From the NCBI GenBank assembly GCA_029260905.1, contig JAJDCH010000009.1, forward strand, positions 26,498 to 90,497: 64,000 nucleotides of DNA, written 5' to 3'. A program made the position numbers and the translations under genes. Source of the DNA: Candidatus Levyibacteriota bacterium. GTDB taxonomy: Bacteria > Patescibacteriota > Microgenomatia > Levybacterales > UBA12049. The notes below the pieces were generated by a model. That model searched no databases. It saw only the letters and a program-made list of their open reading frames with translations, and was not told the origin of the DNA. Numbering within the stretch: the stretch's first letter is position 1; each line of letters begins with the position of its first letter. Shown here piece by piece: positions 1 to 8,013 of this stretch.

Positions 1-374
1 TCCATGTGTCAAATGCAGAATCATCTTTTACTGTTACTTCTGTACTCCCCAAATCCACGCCTGCTTTTTCAAAAAGAGTATAAACATCAGTATTATCTTT
101 TACTGCCTGTATCTCTTTGCCGTCTTTTTTTACAACTTTTAAGATATTCCCGGAAACAGCAATTTCTTGAATCTCTCCTTTTTTTACACTTTGTATGACT
201 TGTGATAGAGGGACTGCGTTTTCAGGCTCAGTCGGACCACCTATTGCTGAGAAAATAAAAAGTGAAAAGAGAATCAGAAATCCGTAGAGGAAAAAGTTTT
301 TCCAGGAAAATTTTGATTTGTTTTTGAGATTTCTTCTCTTGCCATTTAGTGTGGTTTTTCGCGCTCCTGCCATA
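1..374 (-). CDS. Partial CDS (N-terminal 124 aa; continues beyond window start). Membrane protein with one TM helix then a periplasmic domain, resembling the N-terminus of FtsH-type proteases
   Basis: Reverse translation from ATG at 374 gives MAGARKTTLNGKRRNLKNKSKFSWKNFFLYGFLILFSLFIFSAIGG...VIQSVKKGEIQEIAVSGN..., the FtsH N-terminal TM plus extracytoplasmic domain pattern. The plus-strand track ORF 4..198 is probably spurious. Confidence 0.35.
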
Positions 375-428
375 ATTTAAAAAGTCCAAGTAGTATAGCA
401 CAAAACCGGTGGCTCTGCCACAATTGAA

Positions 429-1235
429 TTAAGACTTAAATAGGTTGTTACAAAAATCTGCTATATACATTCCCGCTACTCGGCGCGCAACATCTGATAC
501 CTCATTATCTACTGACATGAATGCATGAGGAATTCCGCTAAGAATCAACTTATTGGGTATTCTGCTAAAAGCTGCATATGCATCTTTTATTTTTTTCGGG
601 ATTACATCATCCTGCTCACTATCAACCGTCATAACAGCTCCTGGGAAGTCTCTAAGGTCAGTAAAAACAGGTGAATTTTCCCAACTATTTGCTTGTCTAA
701 TTGCATAGCTAAACTCCCAAAATGGTTTAAGCCTTAACCTTTCCGTATGCTTACCATAAGCTGATGGATTTATAAGAACTACACCTTTTAATTCAGGTTT
801 TTTTCCTATCAACCTACCAGCAACATACCCTCCCATGCTCGTTCCCACAATAACTATTTTTTTTGGATCTATAGAATTATCATCAAAAAGGACCTCAAGT
901 GCATTTTCTGCATCAGTTAAACGGTTTTGAAGTGTACTATCGTAAAAATTTCCTTTACTCTCTCCAACTCCTCTTGTATCATATGCTAATGAAGCTATGC
1001 CATTTGCTGCTAGTCTTTTCTGCAAGTTTTCATACAACACCTTCCCTCTTCCTCCCTCCGAAGCAGAGCTGTGAATAAGAAGGGTTGCAGGCAAAAGACT
1101 AGCCTTTCTTGATTGTGGAGAAGCATATGAACAACTTAGGGGTATTCCGTCTGAACGAAAAAATCCCTCCCTCCAATCACATTCTAAACCTGGCCTTTCT
1201 TCATGCTCAAGAAGTCCCATCGCGCGATTATACAA
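429..1235 (-). CDS. alpha/beta-fold serine hydrolase (esterase or dienelactone-hydrolase-like)
   Basis: GxSxG nucleophile elbow (IVIVGTSMGGYVAG); size and layout typical of an alpha/beta hydrolase. Confidence 0.55.
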   Translation of the reverse strand: MYNRAMGLLEHEERPGLECDWREGFFRSDGIPLSCSYASPQSRKASLLPATLLIHSSASEGGRGKVLYENLQKRLAANGIASLAYDTRGVGESKGNFYDSTLQNRLTDAENALEVLFDDNSIDPKKIVIVGTSMGGYVAGRLIGKKPELKGVVLINPSAYGKHTERLRLKPFWEFSYAIRQANSWENSPVFTDLRDFPGAVMTVDSEQDDVIPKKIKDAYAAFSRIPNKLILSGIPHAFMSVDNEVSDVARRVAGMYIADFCNNLFKS

Positions 1236-1265
1236 AACAGAACCTATAGTGTCAATACGGGACCG

Positions 1266-2645
1266 CTACGTTAGTAACTTATTAACCTCCGTCTTAAACT
1301 GCTCGCCGCGGTCTTTGTAATCTCTAAACATTCCGAAACTCGCACATGCTGGTGAGAGTAAAACAACATCCCCTAGCTTTGCAATTTTTGAGGCTGCCAA
1401 AACAATTGTCTGCATATCTGTTGCATCCTCAATAATTGGAAATTTAAAATTTGAAATTGGAAATTCCGCTTTCATGCGGTACCACTCATCCCCAATCCCG
1501 ATAATTGCCTTAATATTTTTGGATTCGCCAATTACTTTTCCAAGTTCTGTAAAATCACTGCCCTTACTTGAACCGCCAAGAATTAATATTTCAGGCTGTT
1601 TAAATGCCAAAATTGCAGCTATCGCTGTCTCGGGTGTGGTTGAAAAAGAATCATCATAAAACCTTACTCCATCTATTTCCCGCACAATCTCAATCCTGTG
1701 TTCTAGTCCTTTAAATGACTCAAGAACTTCTCTTATGCTTTCTGTTGATACGCCTGCTAGATTTGCAGTCATAGCAGCTGCACAAACATTTTCGAGATTG
1801 TGTTTTCCGGGAAGTAAGATTTGCTTAATATCCAAAATTTCATTATCACTACCGTTTTTTCGGATAATTACCTTACTGCCTATCACAAAGCATCCGTTTT
1901 CTGTTTCCCTCTCACGGGAAATATAAAAAACCTTTCCTTGCGACTCAACATCTGATTCGTTGCTTGCAGGATAATCTCTGTTGACAATTGCGAGGTCATC
2001 TGTGGTTTGAAAACGCAGTATATTTCTCTTTGCGTCAATATATTCATAAAGATCTTTGTGGTAATCCATGTGTTCACTTGTTGTCATAAGCATAACTGCG
2101 ATGTGTGGAGATTTCGTCAAATCCTGAAGCTGAAAACTGGAAAGCTCCAAAACCACCCAAGAATCAGGAGTCAATCTGTCAAAAAAATCAAGAGGCGGTG
2201 TCCCGATATTTCCTCCCAAATAAACATCGCTACTTTCAGACCTAAGCATTTCATGAATAAGGCTTGCTGTTGTTCCCTTTCCTTTTGTTCCTGTCACGCC
2301 GATCACATTTTTTGTGGGAGACAAATCAAAAAATAATTTTGTTTGAGAAGTGACATCTATTCCTTTTTTCTTTACATCAGCTAATTCTTTTGTGTCAAAT
2401 CTTATTCCTGGACTTCTGACTATTAAATCAAATTCAGATAGGTTTTTTAAATAGTTTTTTCCAAAAATTAAATTGTCTGAAACATCTTCTGCATCCGTTA
2501 AAATTTCTTTATCAATATATTCTTTTTCTTTTCTTTCAAGAAGATAAACACTAGCACCTTTTTTATTAAAAAATCGAGCTGAAGAGAGCCCTTCAACGCC
2601 AAGTCCTATTATCCCTATTTTTTTATTTTTAAAATTATTTATCAT
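1266..2645 (-). CDS. murD: UDP-N-acetylmuramoyl-L-alanine--D-glutamate ligase
   Basis: N-terminal Rossmann motif (IGIIGLGVEGLSSARF) and Mur ligase P-loop (VIGVTGTKGKGTTASL); 459 aa. Confidence 0.85.
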   Translation of the reverse strand: MINNFKNKKIGIIGLGVEGLSSARFFNKKGASVYLLERKEKEYIDKEILTDAEDVSDNLIFGKNYLKNLSEFDLIVRSPGIRFDTKELADVKKKGIDVTSQTKLFFDLSPTKNVIGVTGTKGKGTTASLIHEMLRSESSDVYLGGNIGTPPLDFFDRLTPDSWVVLELSSFQLQDLTKSPHIAVMLMTTSEHMDYHKDLYEYIDAKRNILRFQTTDDLAIVNRDYPASNESDVESQGKVFYISRERETENGCFVIGSKVIIRKNGSDNEILDIKQILLPGKHNLENVCAAAMTANLAGVSTESIREVLESFKGLEHRIEIVREIDGVRFYDDSFSTTPETAIAAILAFKQPEILILGGSSKGSDFTELGKVIGESKNIKAIIGIGDEWYRMKAEFPISNFKFPIIEDATDMQTIVLAASKIAKLGDVVLLSPACASFGMFRDYKDRGEQFKTEVNKLLT

Positions 2646-3439
2646 ATATTTATCTGAAAAAAATCATCAGTATTTATATTTTTACCAAACTTTTTAGAAA
2701 GATCAAAAAGAATTTTTTTGTCTCCGGTTGTGAAAAATTTATATTCCTGATTTTTCTTTTCTGATGCAAGATCTGCTTTCCCCAATACTCTTTTGACTTG
2801 CCTAGCAACAGCGCCACTTGAGTCAAGTACATCCACACTTGATCCAAAATATTTTCCAATCTGTTTTTTCAAAAAAGGAAAATGACTACAGCCAAGTGCC
2901 AGCGTATCAATTTTTTCTTTTTTAAATTTATCTAAAACAATATTCAATACTAAATCTATCTCCTCGCCTTTTAATATTCCTTTTTCTATCAGTGGAACCA
3001 AATCATCTGTTCCATGAGTAAAAACCTGACAGTCTCCTGCAAACTTTTTAATCAAATTTTTCTGATACACACTTTTATCAGTTCTTGTTGTTGAAAGAAC
3101 CCCTATCCTAGCATTTCTAGTTGTTTCTGCTGCTGTTTTAACAACTGGAACTATCCCAACAATTGGTACATTGGCAAACTTTTCTCTGAGCTTATCTAAA
3201 CAAGAAACAGTTATTGTATTACAAGCAACAACTATCAGTTTTGCTTCTTTTTCTAAAAGAAAAGAGGTCATCTTCTTGCTACGCTCATAAATTTCCGCCT
3301 CAGCCTTGCTACCGTATGGACAATTTAAAGAATCAGCAATATAAATTGCTGACTCCTGGGGAAGAAGATTAATTATCTTATCCCAAATCGTCAGACCGCC
3401 TACTCCTGAATCCAAAATTCCTATTGGCTGATTTTGCAT
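2642..3439 (-). CDS. murI: glutamate racemase
   Basis: IGILDSGVGGLTIW, CPYGSK, VVACNTI and ALGCSHFP motifs; 4-nt overlap with the murD start suggests an operon. Confidence 0.85.
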   Translation of the reverse strand: MQNQPIGILDSGVGGLTIWDKIINLLPQESAIYIADSLNCPYGSKAEAEIYERSKKMTSFLLEKEAKLIVVACNTITVSCLDKLREKFANVPIVGIVPVVKTAAETTRNARIGVLSTTRTDKSVYQKNLIKKFAGDCQVFTHGTDDLVPLIEKGILKGEEIDLVLNIVLDKFKKEKIDTLALGCSHFPFLKKQIGKYFGSSVDVLDSSGAVARQVKRVLGKADLASEKKNQEYKFFTTGDKKILFDLSKKFGKNINTDDFFQINI

Positions 3440-3476
3440 GAGGGTATTATAAGGGATTTGACGTTTTTTTACTATG

Positions 3477-3545
3477 TTGCGGGGCTAGGAGTTGAACCTA
3501 GCCTGTGAGATTATGAGCCTCACGTGCACCGTACACTACCCCGCG
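3477..3545 (-). tRNA. tRNA with CAU anticodon, initiator-like (tRNA-fMet candidate)
   Basis: Hand fold: 5' CGCGGGG...CCCCGCA-A 3' gives a C1·A72 mismatch as in E. coli tRNA-fMet; anticodon loop CTCATAA; T-arm CTAGG-TTCAACT-CCTAG. The D-loop is short (69 nt without CCA). Confidence 0.55.
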
Positions 3546-3605
3546 TGTTAGAGAGCTAGTATAGCATTTGATTTGTGCGTGGTCAAATTGATATACTAGG
3601 CAGAC

Positions 3606-3679
3606 GCCAGGGTAGCTCAGTTGGTTAGAGCAGAGGAATCATAAACCTCAGGTCGTGGGTTCGAATCCCTCCCCTGGTA
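3606..3679 (+). tRNA. tRNA with CAU anticodon (elongator Met, or Ile2 if lysidinylated)
   Basis: Cloverleaf GCCAGGG/CCCTGGT acceptor, D-arm GCTC-AGTTGGTTA-GAGC, anticodon loop ATCATAA, T-arm GGGTTCGAATCCC; 74 nt. Confidence 0.65.
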
Positions 3680-3689
3680 CAATTAACTT

Positions 3690-3935
3690 ATGTGGTATAT
3701 ATACATCCTCCTCTGCTCAGATACTAGCCTCTATACAGGGGCGACCAATGATCTAGAGAAGAGGTTTGAGGCGCATAAAAACGGCAAGGGTGGCGCCTAC
3801 ACTAGATCACACAAAGCACTAAAAATCGTTCATAAAGAAGAGTTTCAAACCAAATCCGAAGCTTTAAAAAAAGAAGCAGAAATAAAAAGCTGGAGTCGGG
3901 CAAAAAAAATCAAGAATTTAAAACTCAAAACATAA
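3690..3935 (+). CDS. GIY-YIG nuclease-domain small protein (YhbQ/UPF0213-like)
   Basis: N-terminus YIYILLCSDTSLYTGATNDLEKRFEAH matches the GIY-YIG signature. Confidence 0.6.
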   Translation: MWYIYILLCSDTSLYTGATNDLEKRFEAHKNGKGGAYTRSHKALKIVHKEEFQTKSEALKKEAEIKSWSRAKKIKNLKLKT

Positions 3936-3949
3936 CTTTATTTATATCT

Positions 3950-4300
3950 TTAAAAAAATAGCTCCCACCATTTCTCCCAATTTTGTCTCTTGTCTTCTGG
4001 CTCTTTTTCAGCCGAATCACTAGCCCTTAACGCTGTGCTTGGCAAAACGACTATTCCCTCACCAGGCTTGGCCATAAAAAGCTTATTTCTTGCCTCTTCT
4101 TCCACAAATTCAGGTTTTTTTACTTCTTCAATTTTTTCTTTCAACTCTTCATTTTGTTTTTTTTCCTCTGATATCTGCTCACGCGTATTCTCAACTAGTC
4201 CTCTTTTCTGCCAAAGAGATATAATTGAACGTGTGAGATTATTTATTATCATCAAAGATATAATAATAACTACAAAAAATCCTATTTTTTTCAAATACAT
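3950..4300 (-). CDS. FtsB/DivIC-family septum formation initiator-like protein
   Basis: N-terminal TM, coiled-coil, and the characteristic ARNKLFMAKPGEGIVVLP motif. Confidence 0.55.
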   Translation of the reverse strand: MYLKKIGFFVVIIISLMIINNLTRSIISLWQKRGLVENTREQISEEKKQNEELKEKIEEVKKPEFVEEEARNKLFMAKPGEGIVVLPSTALRASDSAEKEPEDKRQNWEKWWELFF

Positions 4301-4399
4301 AGTCTCTCTAGCATAATACTTTTAGCCTTAATTGAAAAGTAATGCTTTTTCCTGCTTGACTATTATTACTTTTCTTGATATTATGGGATCTATTAAATT

Positions 4400-5260
4400 A
4401 TGGCAACCATAAAAGTTAAAGACGCGCATAAAGAATTTTTGGATTTTCTTAAAGGAAAAAAGCACTCAAGTGCAACTATTTTAGCCTACGGAAAAGACAT
4501 AGATCAACTCGCAAGTTTTCTTGAAGAAATGGATAAGCACCATGTCCATGAAGTAGCAAAAGATGATATACAGGCCTTTCTAGGAAAACTCTCAGAAAAA
4601 GGATACACTCCAAAATCACTCTCAAGAAAACTCAACTCAGCAAGAACATTCTATAGATTCCTGAAAGTAAACGAGTACGTAACAGATGACCCATCTCTTC
4701 TGGTTGATCATCCACAATACGAACTAGCAGCACCAAGAATGTTAAAACCAACAGAATACAGAGCCTTAAGAGATGCAGCCAGAAACGACACAAGAATGTA
4801 TGCAATTATCGAAGTGCTTCTTCAGACAGGTATCAGAATCGGTGAGCTAGCAGATCTTCGTATGTCAGATGTGCAAGGAGATTCACTCAAGATTAGACCT
4901 CACGAAAAACACGCTGAAAGAATAGTTCCCATGAACAGATCAGGAAAAGAAGCATTGGACCGTTATGTTAAGGCTAGGCCAGAAGTAGAAGATGACCACG
5001 TATTTATCACTAAGTCAGGAAAACCATTTCTAGTCCGCAACATTAGAACAGCAATTGAGCGCTATTTCCGAATTGCTGGCATTGAAAATGCCAAGGTGAA
5101 TGACCTCAGACATACATTTGTCGCGCATCATCTCAAACATGGAGTATCACTCGTTCTTCTATCAAAAGTCCTAGGACACAAGAGGCTTTCAACAACAGAG
5201 AGATATCTTCAATACGTACAAGACCGAGGCAAAGACACCACCAACCTCAGCGAATTATAA
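4400..5260 (+). CDS. tyrosine site-specific recombinase (XerC/XerD or phage-integrase family)
   Basis: Conserved catalytic region RHTFVAHHLKHGVSLVLLSKVLGHKRLSTTERYLQ (R...H-x-x-R...Y); 286 aa. Confidence 0.7.
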   Translation: MATIKVKDAHKEFLDFLKGKKHSSATILAYGKDIDQLASFLEEMDKHHVHEVAKDDIQAFLGKLSEKGYTPKSLSRKLNSARTFYRFLKVNEYVTDDPSLLVDHPQYELAAPRMLKPTEYRALRDAARNDTRMYAIIEVLLQTGIRIGELADLRMSDVQGDSLKIRPHEKHAERIVPMNRSGKEALDRYVKARPEVEDDHVFITKSGKPFLVRNIRTAIERYFRIAGIENAKVNDLRHTFVAHHLKHGVSLVLLSKVLGHKRLSTTERYLQYVQDRGKDTTNLSEL

Positions 5261-5280
5261 ACTCATTTTTCAAACTCAAC

Positions 5281-5309
5281 TTCACATCTCAACACACCTG
5301 ATATATAAT
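5281..5309 (+). promoter_or_regulatory. sigma70-like promoter TTCACA-17nt-TATAAT, 9 nt upstream of a GTG start (leaderless-type)
   Basis: TTCACA at 5281-5286 and TATAAT at 5304-5309; the downstream ORF starts with GTG at 5319. Confidence 0.4.
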
Positions 5310-5318
5310 CAGTAGCTA

Positions 5319-6602
5319 GTGGATAAAAACCAGAAATCAGCACTTGATAGTGATTTATTTGAAGAATTTAGATATCTCTACTTTGATGACTACGAATACT
5401 TAGCTACAGAAGACGAGAACAGGGAGAAGAACAAAAAAGATTTCCTTGCTGAAAAAATTGACAACCCCTCTTTTAACTATCCCCTACTGGATTCCTTTGA
5501 TTTTGAGAGTAAAAAAAACAAGTTTATCCAATTAAAAGAAAAGGCTAAAAAAAATAAAAACCAAATAGTTACAAAAGCATATATTGGGCGAATTGATGAG
5601 ATGCTAGAACAAATTGAGATGTTAAAAGCAGCAAAAACAGGTGATGATCTTGAGTTTACTAAACAATCAGTACTTATCTATGGCAAACCATCCCCCGATA
5701 TGTTTGAGTACGATAAAAAAGTGGTAAGTGACACAATTAAAAAAGCGCTTGAATCAGAAAGTTTAGAACGGGCAACTGCGACAACCCTGCTTCAAAAACA
5801 TTTTCCCGATCTTTCCTACAATAAATTGATTGAAAAAGATTTTGACCTTTTACCAAAACTTGTAAAAAATGATAGAAAAGTACTTAAATCAACTGAAATA
5901 AGATATATGTTTGAAAAAGCTGTGAAAGATCTGGATCTTAATAATTGGAAAGTAAAAATTGATAAAACAGGCAAAAAGACAAACCTAAGTGCCAATCAGG
6001 AAACAAAAACAGTCAGTATACCAAATGATGATAATATAAAAACCCGCATGGCGCCTACAACTGAGACAAATATCAAAGCATTAATCAACCATGAGCTAGG
6101 AACGCATGCAAAAAGGCGCGAGAATGGAGAAAAAAGCAAATTAAAACTTCTCGGACTTGGCCTTGATAGATTCCTAAAGGGCGAGGAGGGTCTTGCGTCT
6201 TTTGAATATCAAAAAATACAAGGCGCAAGTTATTTTGCTGGCTTTGGAAGTCATTTCTCAGTATCAATTGGGGTAGGACTTGACGGAAAAAAAAGAAACT
6301 TTAGAGAAGTTTTTGAAATACTAAAACTTTATTTTCTGGCATCAATCGAATCAGATACAGACAGAAAAAAACAGGCAGAGGATCTTGCCTGGAATACCTG
6401 CGTGAGGTGTTTTCGTGGAACAACCTGCAAAACACCAGGCAGCCTATTTACAAAAGGACATGTCTATAGTGAGGGAAATATTGGTATCTACAAACTAATT
6501 ACTTCTGGATCAAAAGAGGTTGAGAGATTTATGGTTGGCAAATATGACCCGACCAATAAAAACCACGTCCAAATCCTTGACGCATTGGGAATTTGGTGCT
6601 AA
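5319..6602 (+). CDS. putative HExxH metallopeptidase, DUF1704 / MATCAP-like (QEGLA-motif family)
   Basis: NHELGTHAKRR (HExxH), then GEEGLASFEYQ about 35 aa later, resembling the QEGLA motif of DUF1704 proteins; GTG start. Confidence 0.4.
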   Translation: MDKNQKSALDSDLFEEFRYLYFDDYEYLATEDENREKNKKDFLAEKIDNPSFNYPLLDSFDFESKKNKFIQLKEKAKKNKNQIVTKAYIGRIDEMLEQIEMLKAAKTGDDLEFTKQSVLIYGKPSPDMFEYDKKVVSDTIKKALESESLERATATTLLQKHFPDLSYNKLIEKDFDLLPKLVKNDRKVLKSTEIRYMFEKAVKDLDLNNWKVKIDKTGKKTNLSANQETKTVSIPNDDNIKTRMAPTTETNIKALINHELGTHAKRRENGEKSKLKLLGLGLDRFLKGEEGLASFEYQKIQGASYFAGFGSHFSVSIGVGLDGKKRNFREVFEILKLYFLASIESDTDRKKQAEDLAWNTCVRCFRGTTCKTPGSLFTKGHVYSEGNIGIYKLITSGSKEVERFMVGKYDPTNKNHVQILDALGIWC

Positions 6603-6619
6603 AAACTAATAACTATTTT

Positions 6620-7096
6620 ATGTCAAACCAAACAGAAAGTCCGCAACCTCAGCCATCAAGAAAAGAAGAATTAACTGGTAAGATTCCTGAACAGTTTATA
6701 AAAGGAATGAGTGCCTCTGGCCTTCAAGTTGATTACTTAAATACTTACATTCAATTTTTCCCATTTTTAGGACAAGTCTTTAAAGAAGGTAAAATCTCAG
6801 AATCAGCAGATCCAAAAACAATCTCTCTTTTAAAAGAACATATCAAAGACACAAAAACCTATACTGAATATTGGTCAGATCAGATTGATATGTATAATAA
6901 AAATGCACTTGAACAAAAATGGATTAAAGTCGACAAGAATTCTACAATGACTCTTTTAGTCACAGAACAACCTGAAACTGAAACGCTTGACTCGCTAGCA
7001 AGCATGGCAAGATCTCTAACTGATTTGGAAAATAACCATTCAGATCAAAAAATATTGGAAGAATTTATAAGAATAGCGGCAGAGCGGAAAGATTAG
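6620..7096 (+). CDS. hypothetical protein
   Basis: Open frame. Start moved to the ATG at 6620 (MSNQTESPQ) to avoid overlap with the upstream gene. No recognisable motif. Confidence 0.3.
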   Translation: MSNQTESPQPQPSRKEELTGKIPEQFIKGMSASGLQVDYLNTYIQFFPFLGQVFKEGKISESADPKTISLLKEHIKDTKTYTEYWSDQIDMYNKNALEQKWIKVDKNSTMTLLVTEQPETETLDSLASMARSLTDLENNHSDQKILEEFIRIAAERKD

Positions 7097-7182
7097 TTAG
7101 AAACGATCATATCAGAGAAGCTGACATTCTTAACGACTTCGGTTTGGAGATTGAAAAACCTAAATCAGAAATATAAACATTA

Positions 7183-7854
7183 TTACTTTTTCTTTGGAGA
7201 CATTCTATTTCTACTTACCCACCATTCATCATCCTTTTTAGCAAACCACCAATCATCTGAGTTTGTACTCATAATCTCTTTTGCAAGATCTTTGGCAACC
7301 TGTGTTTTCAATCTCTTGACAGCAGGCGGGATCGTTGCCTCTGCCCTTTTATTTCCTATATCCACCTGTTCTTTAAGTGAAAGAATCCAATCAATTGTAT
7401 CTGCATCTTTAGCAATAAGAGACTCTTGGGTTTTGCGCTCCTTCCACTCCTTCAGGAGATCAAGTATCTCACCGCCAAAACCAACAGTTGATGTAAGATC
7501 TTTAATCGCTCTGTCCTCATCAGCTTTTGCATATTTCTGGTGAACATAATTAAGATCACTCACTCTTGCCTCAGCCAAATCATGAAAAAGACACATTTTT
7601 ATCACTTTTGCGCTATCTACATTTTTCTCAAGACTAGATAGCACAAATCCCACATAAACAGTCCTGTTGATATGCTCGGCAACTGACTGCTCTCCTGATC
7701 CGACAAAATAAAAACCAGAACGTGGGGTTTTTGAGAGAATACCAACCTCAAAAAGAAAATTAGCAATGTTTTTATATGACTTTCCCATTTTAGTGGGCCA
7801 GGGAGGACTTGCTTCGACTATGCTCAGCATAAACTTCTCGTCCCTAACCATCAT
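7183..7854 (-). CDS. HD-domain phosphohydrolase (YfbR-like 5'-deoxynucleotidase family)
   Basis: H...HD motif (MCLFHDLAEARVSD) with an upstream His (AEHINRTVYVGF). Confidence 0.55.
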   Translation of the reverse strand: MMVRDEKFMLSIVEASPPWPTKMGKSYKNIANFLFEVGILSKTPRSGFYFVGSGEQSVAEHINRTVYVGFVLSSLEKNVDSAKVIKMCLFHDLAEARVSDLNYVHQKYAKADEDRAIKDLTSTVGFGGEILDLLKEWKERKTQESLIAKDADTIDWILSLKEQVDIGNKRAEATIPPAVKRLKTQVAKDLAKEIMSTNSDDWWFAKKDDEWWVSRNRMSPKKK

Positions 7855-7892
7855 CTACAATCTCAATGACTTGCACTGAGCTTGTCGAAGTG

Positions 7893-7965
7893 TGGGCCAG
7901 GGAGGACTCGAACCTCCGACATGGAGTGTATAAGACGCCCGTTCTAGCCGCTGAACTACTGGCCC
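7893..7965 (-). tRNA. tRNA-Ile-like with UAU anticodon (putative AUA decoder)
   Basis: Reverse complement GGGCCAG-TA-GTTC-AGCGGCTA-GAAC-G-GGCGT-CTTATAC-ACTCC-ATGTC-GGAGG-TTCGAGT-CCTCC-CTGGCCC-A. Acceptor and D-arm are Ile-like. One C·U mismatch in the anticodon stem. Confidence 0.5.
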
Positions 7966-8013
7966 GTTTGCGTATTATACCAAAGTACCAAGGGAGACAA
8001 AAGAGTTATAAAC

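Noticed and set aside
4-198. Plus-strand 64-aa track ORF at the window start
   Set aside because: The opposite strand encodes a coherent N-terminal membrane-protein fragment (FtsH-like, ATG at 374), and the plus-strand ORF is low-complexity Leu-rich. Judged spurious.
4400-5260. Tyrosine recombinase as evidence of an integrated mobile element; the tRNA-bounded block 3477-7965
   Set aside because: No flanking direct repeats or att-like duplication of a tRNA 3' end was visible. The block also holds core genes (FtsB-like, HD hydrolase). Its size and motifs fit a chromosomal Xer-type recombinase, so no mobile_element was called.
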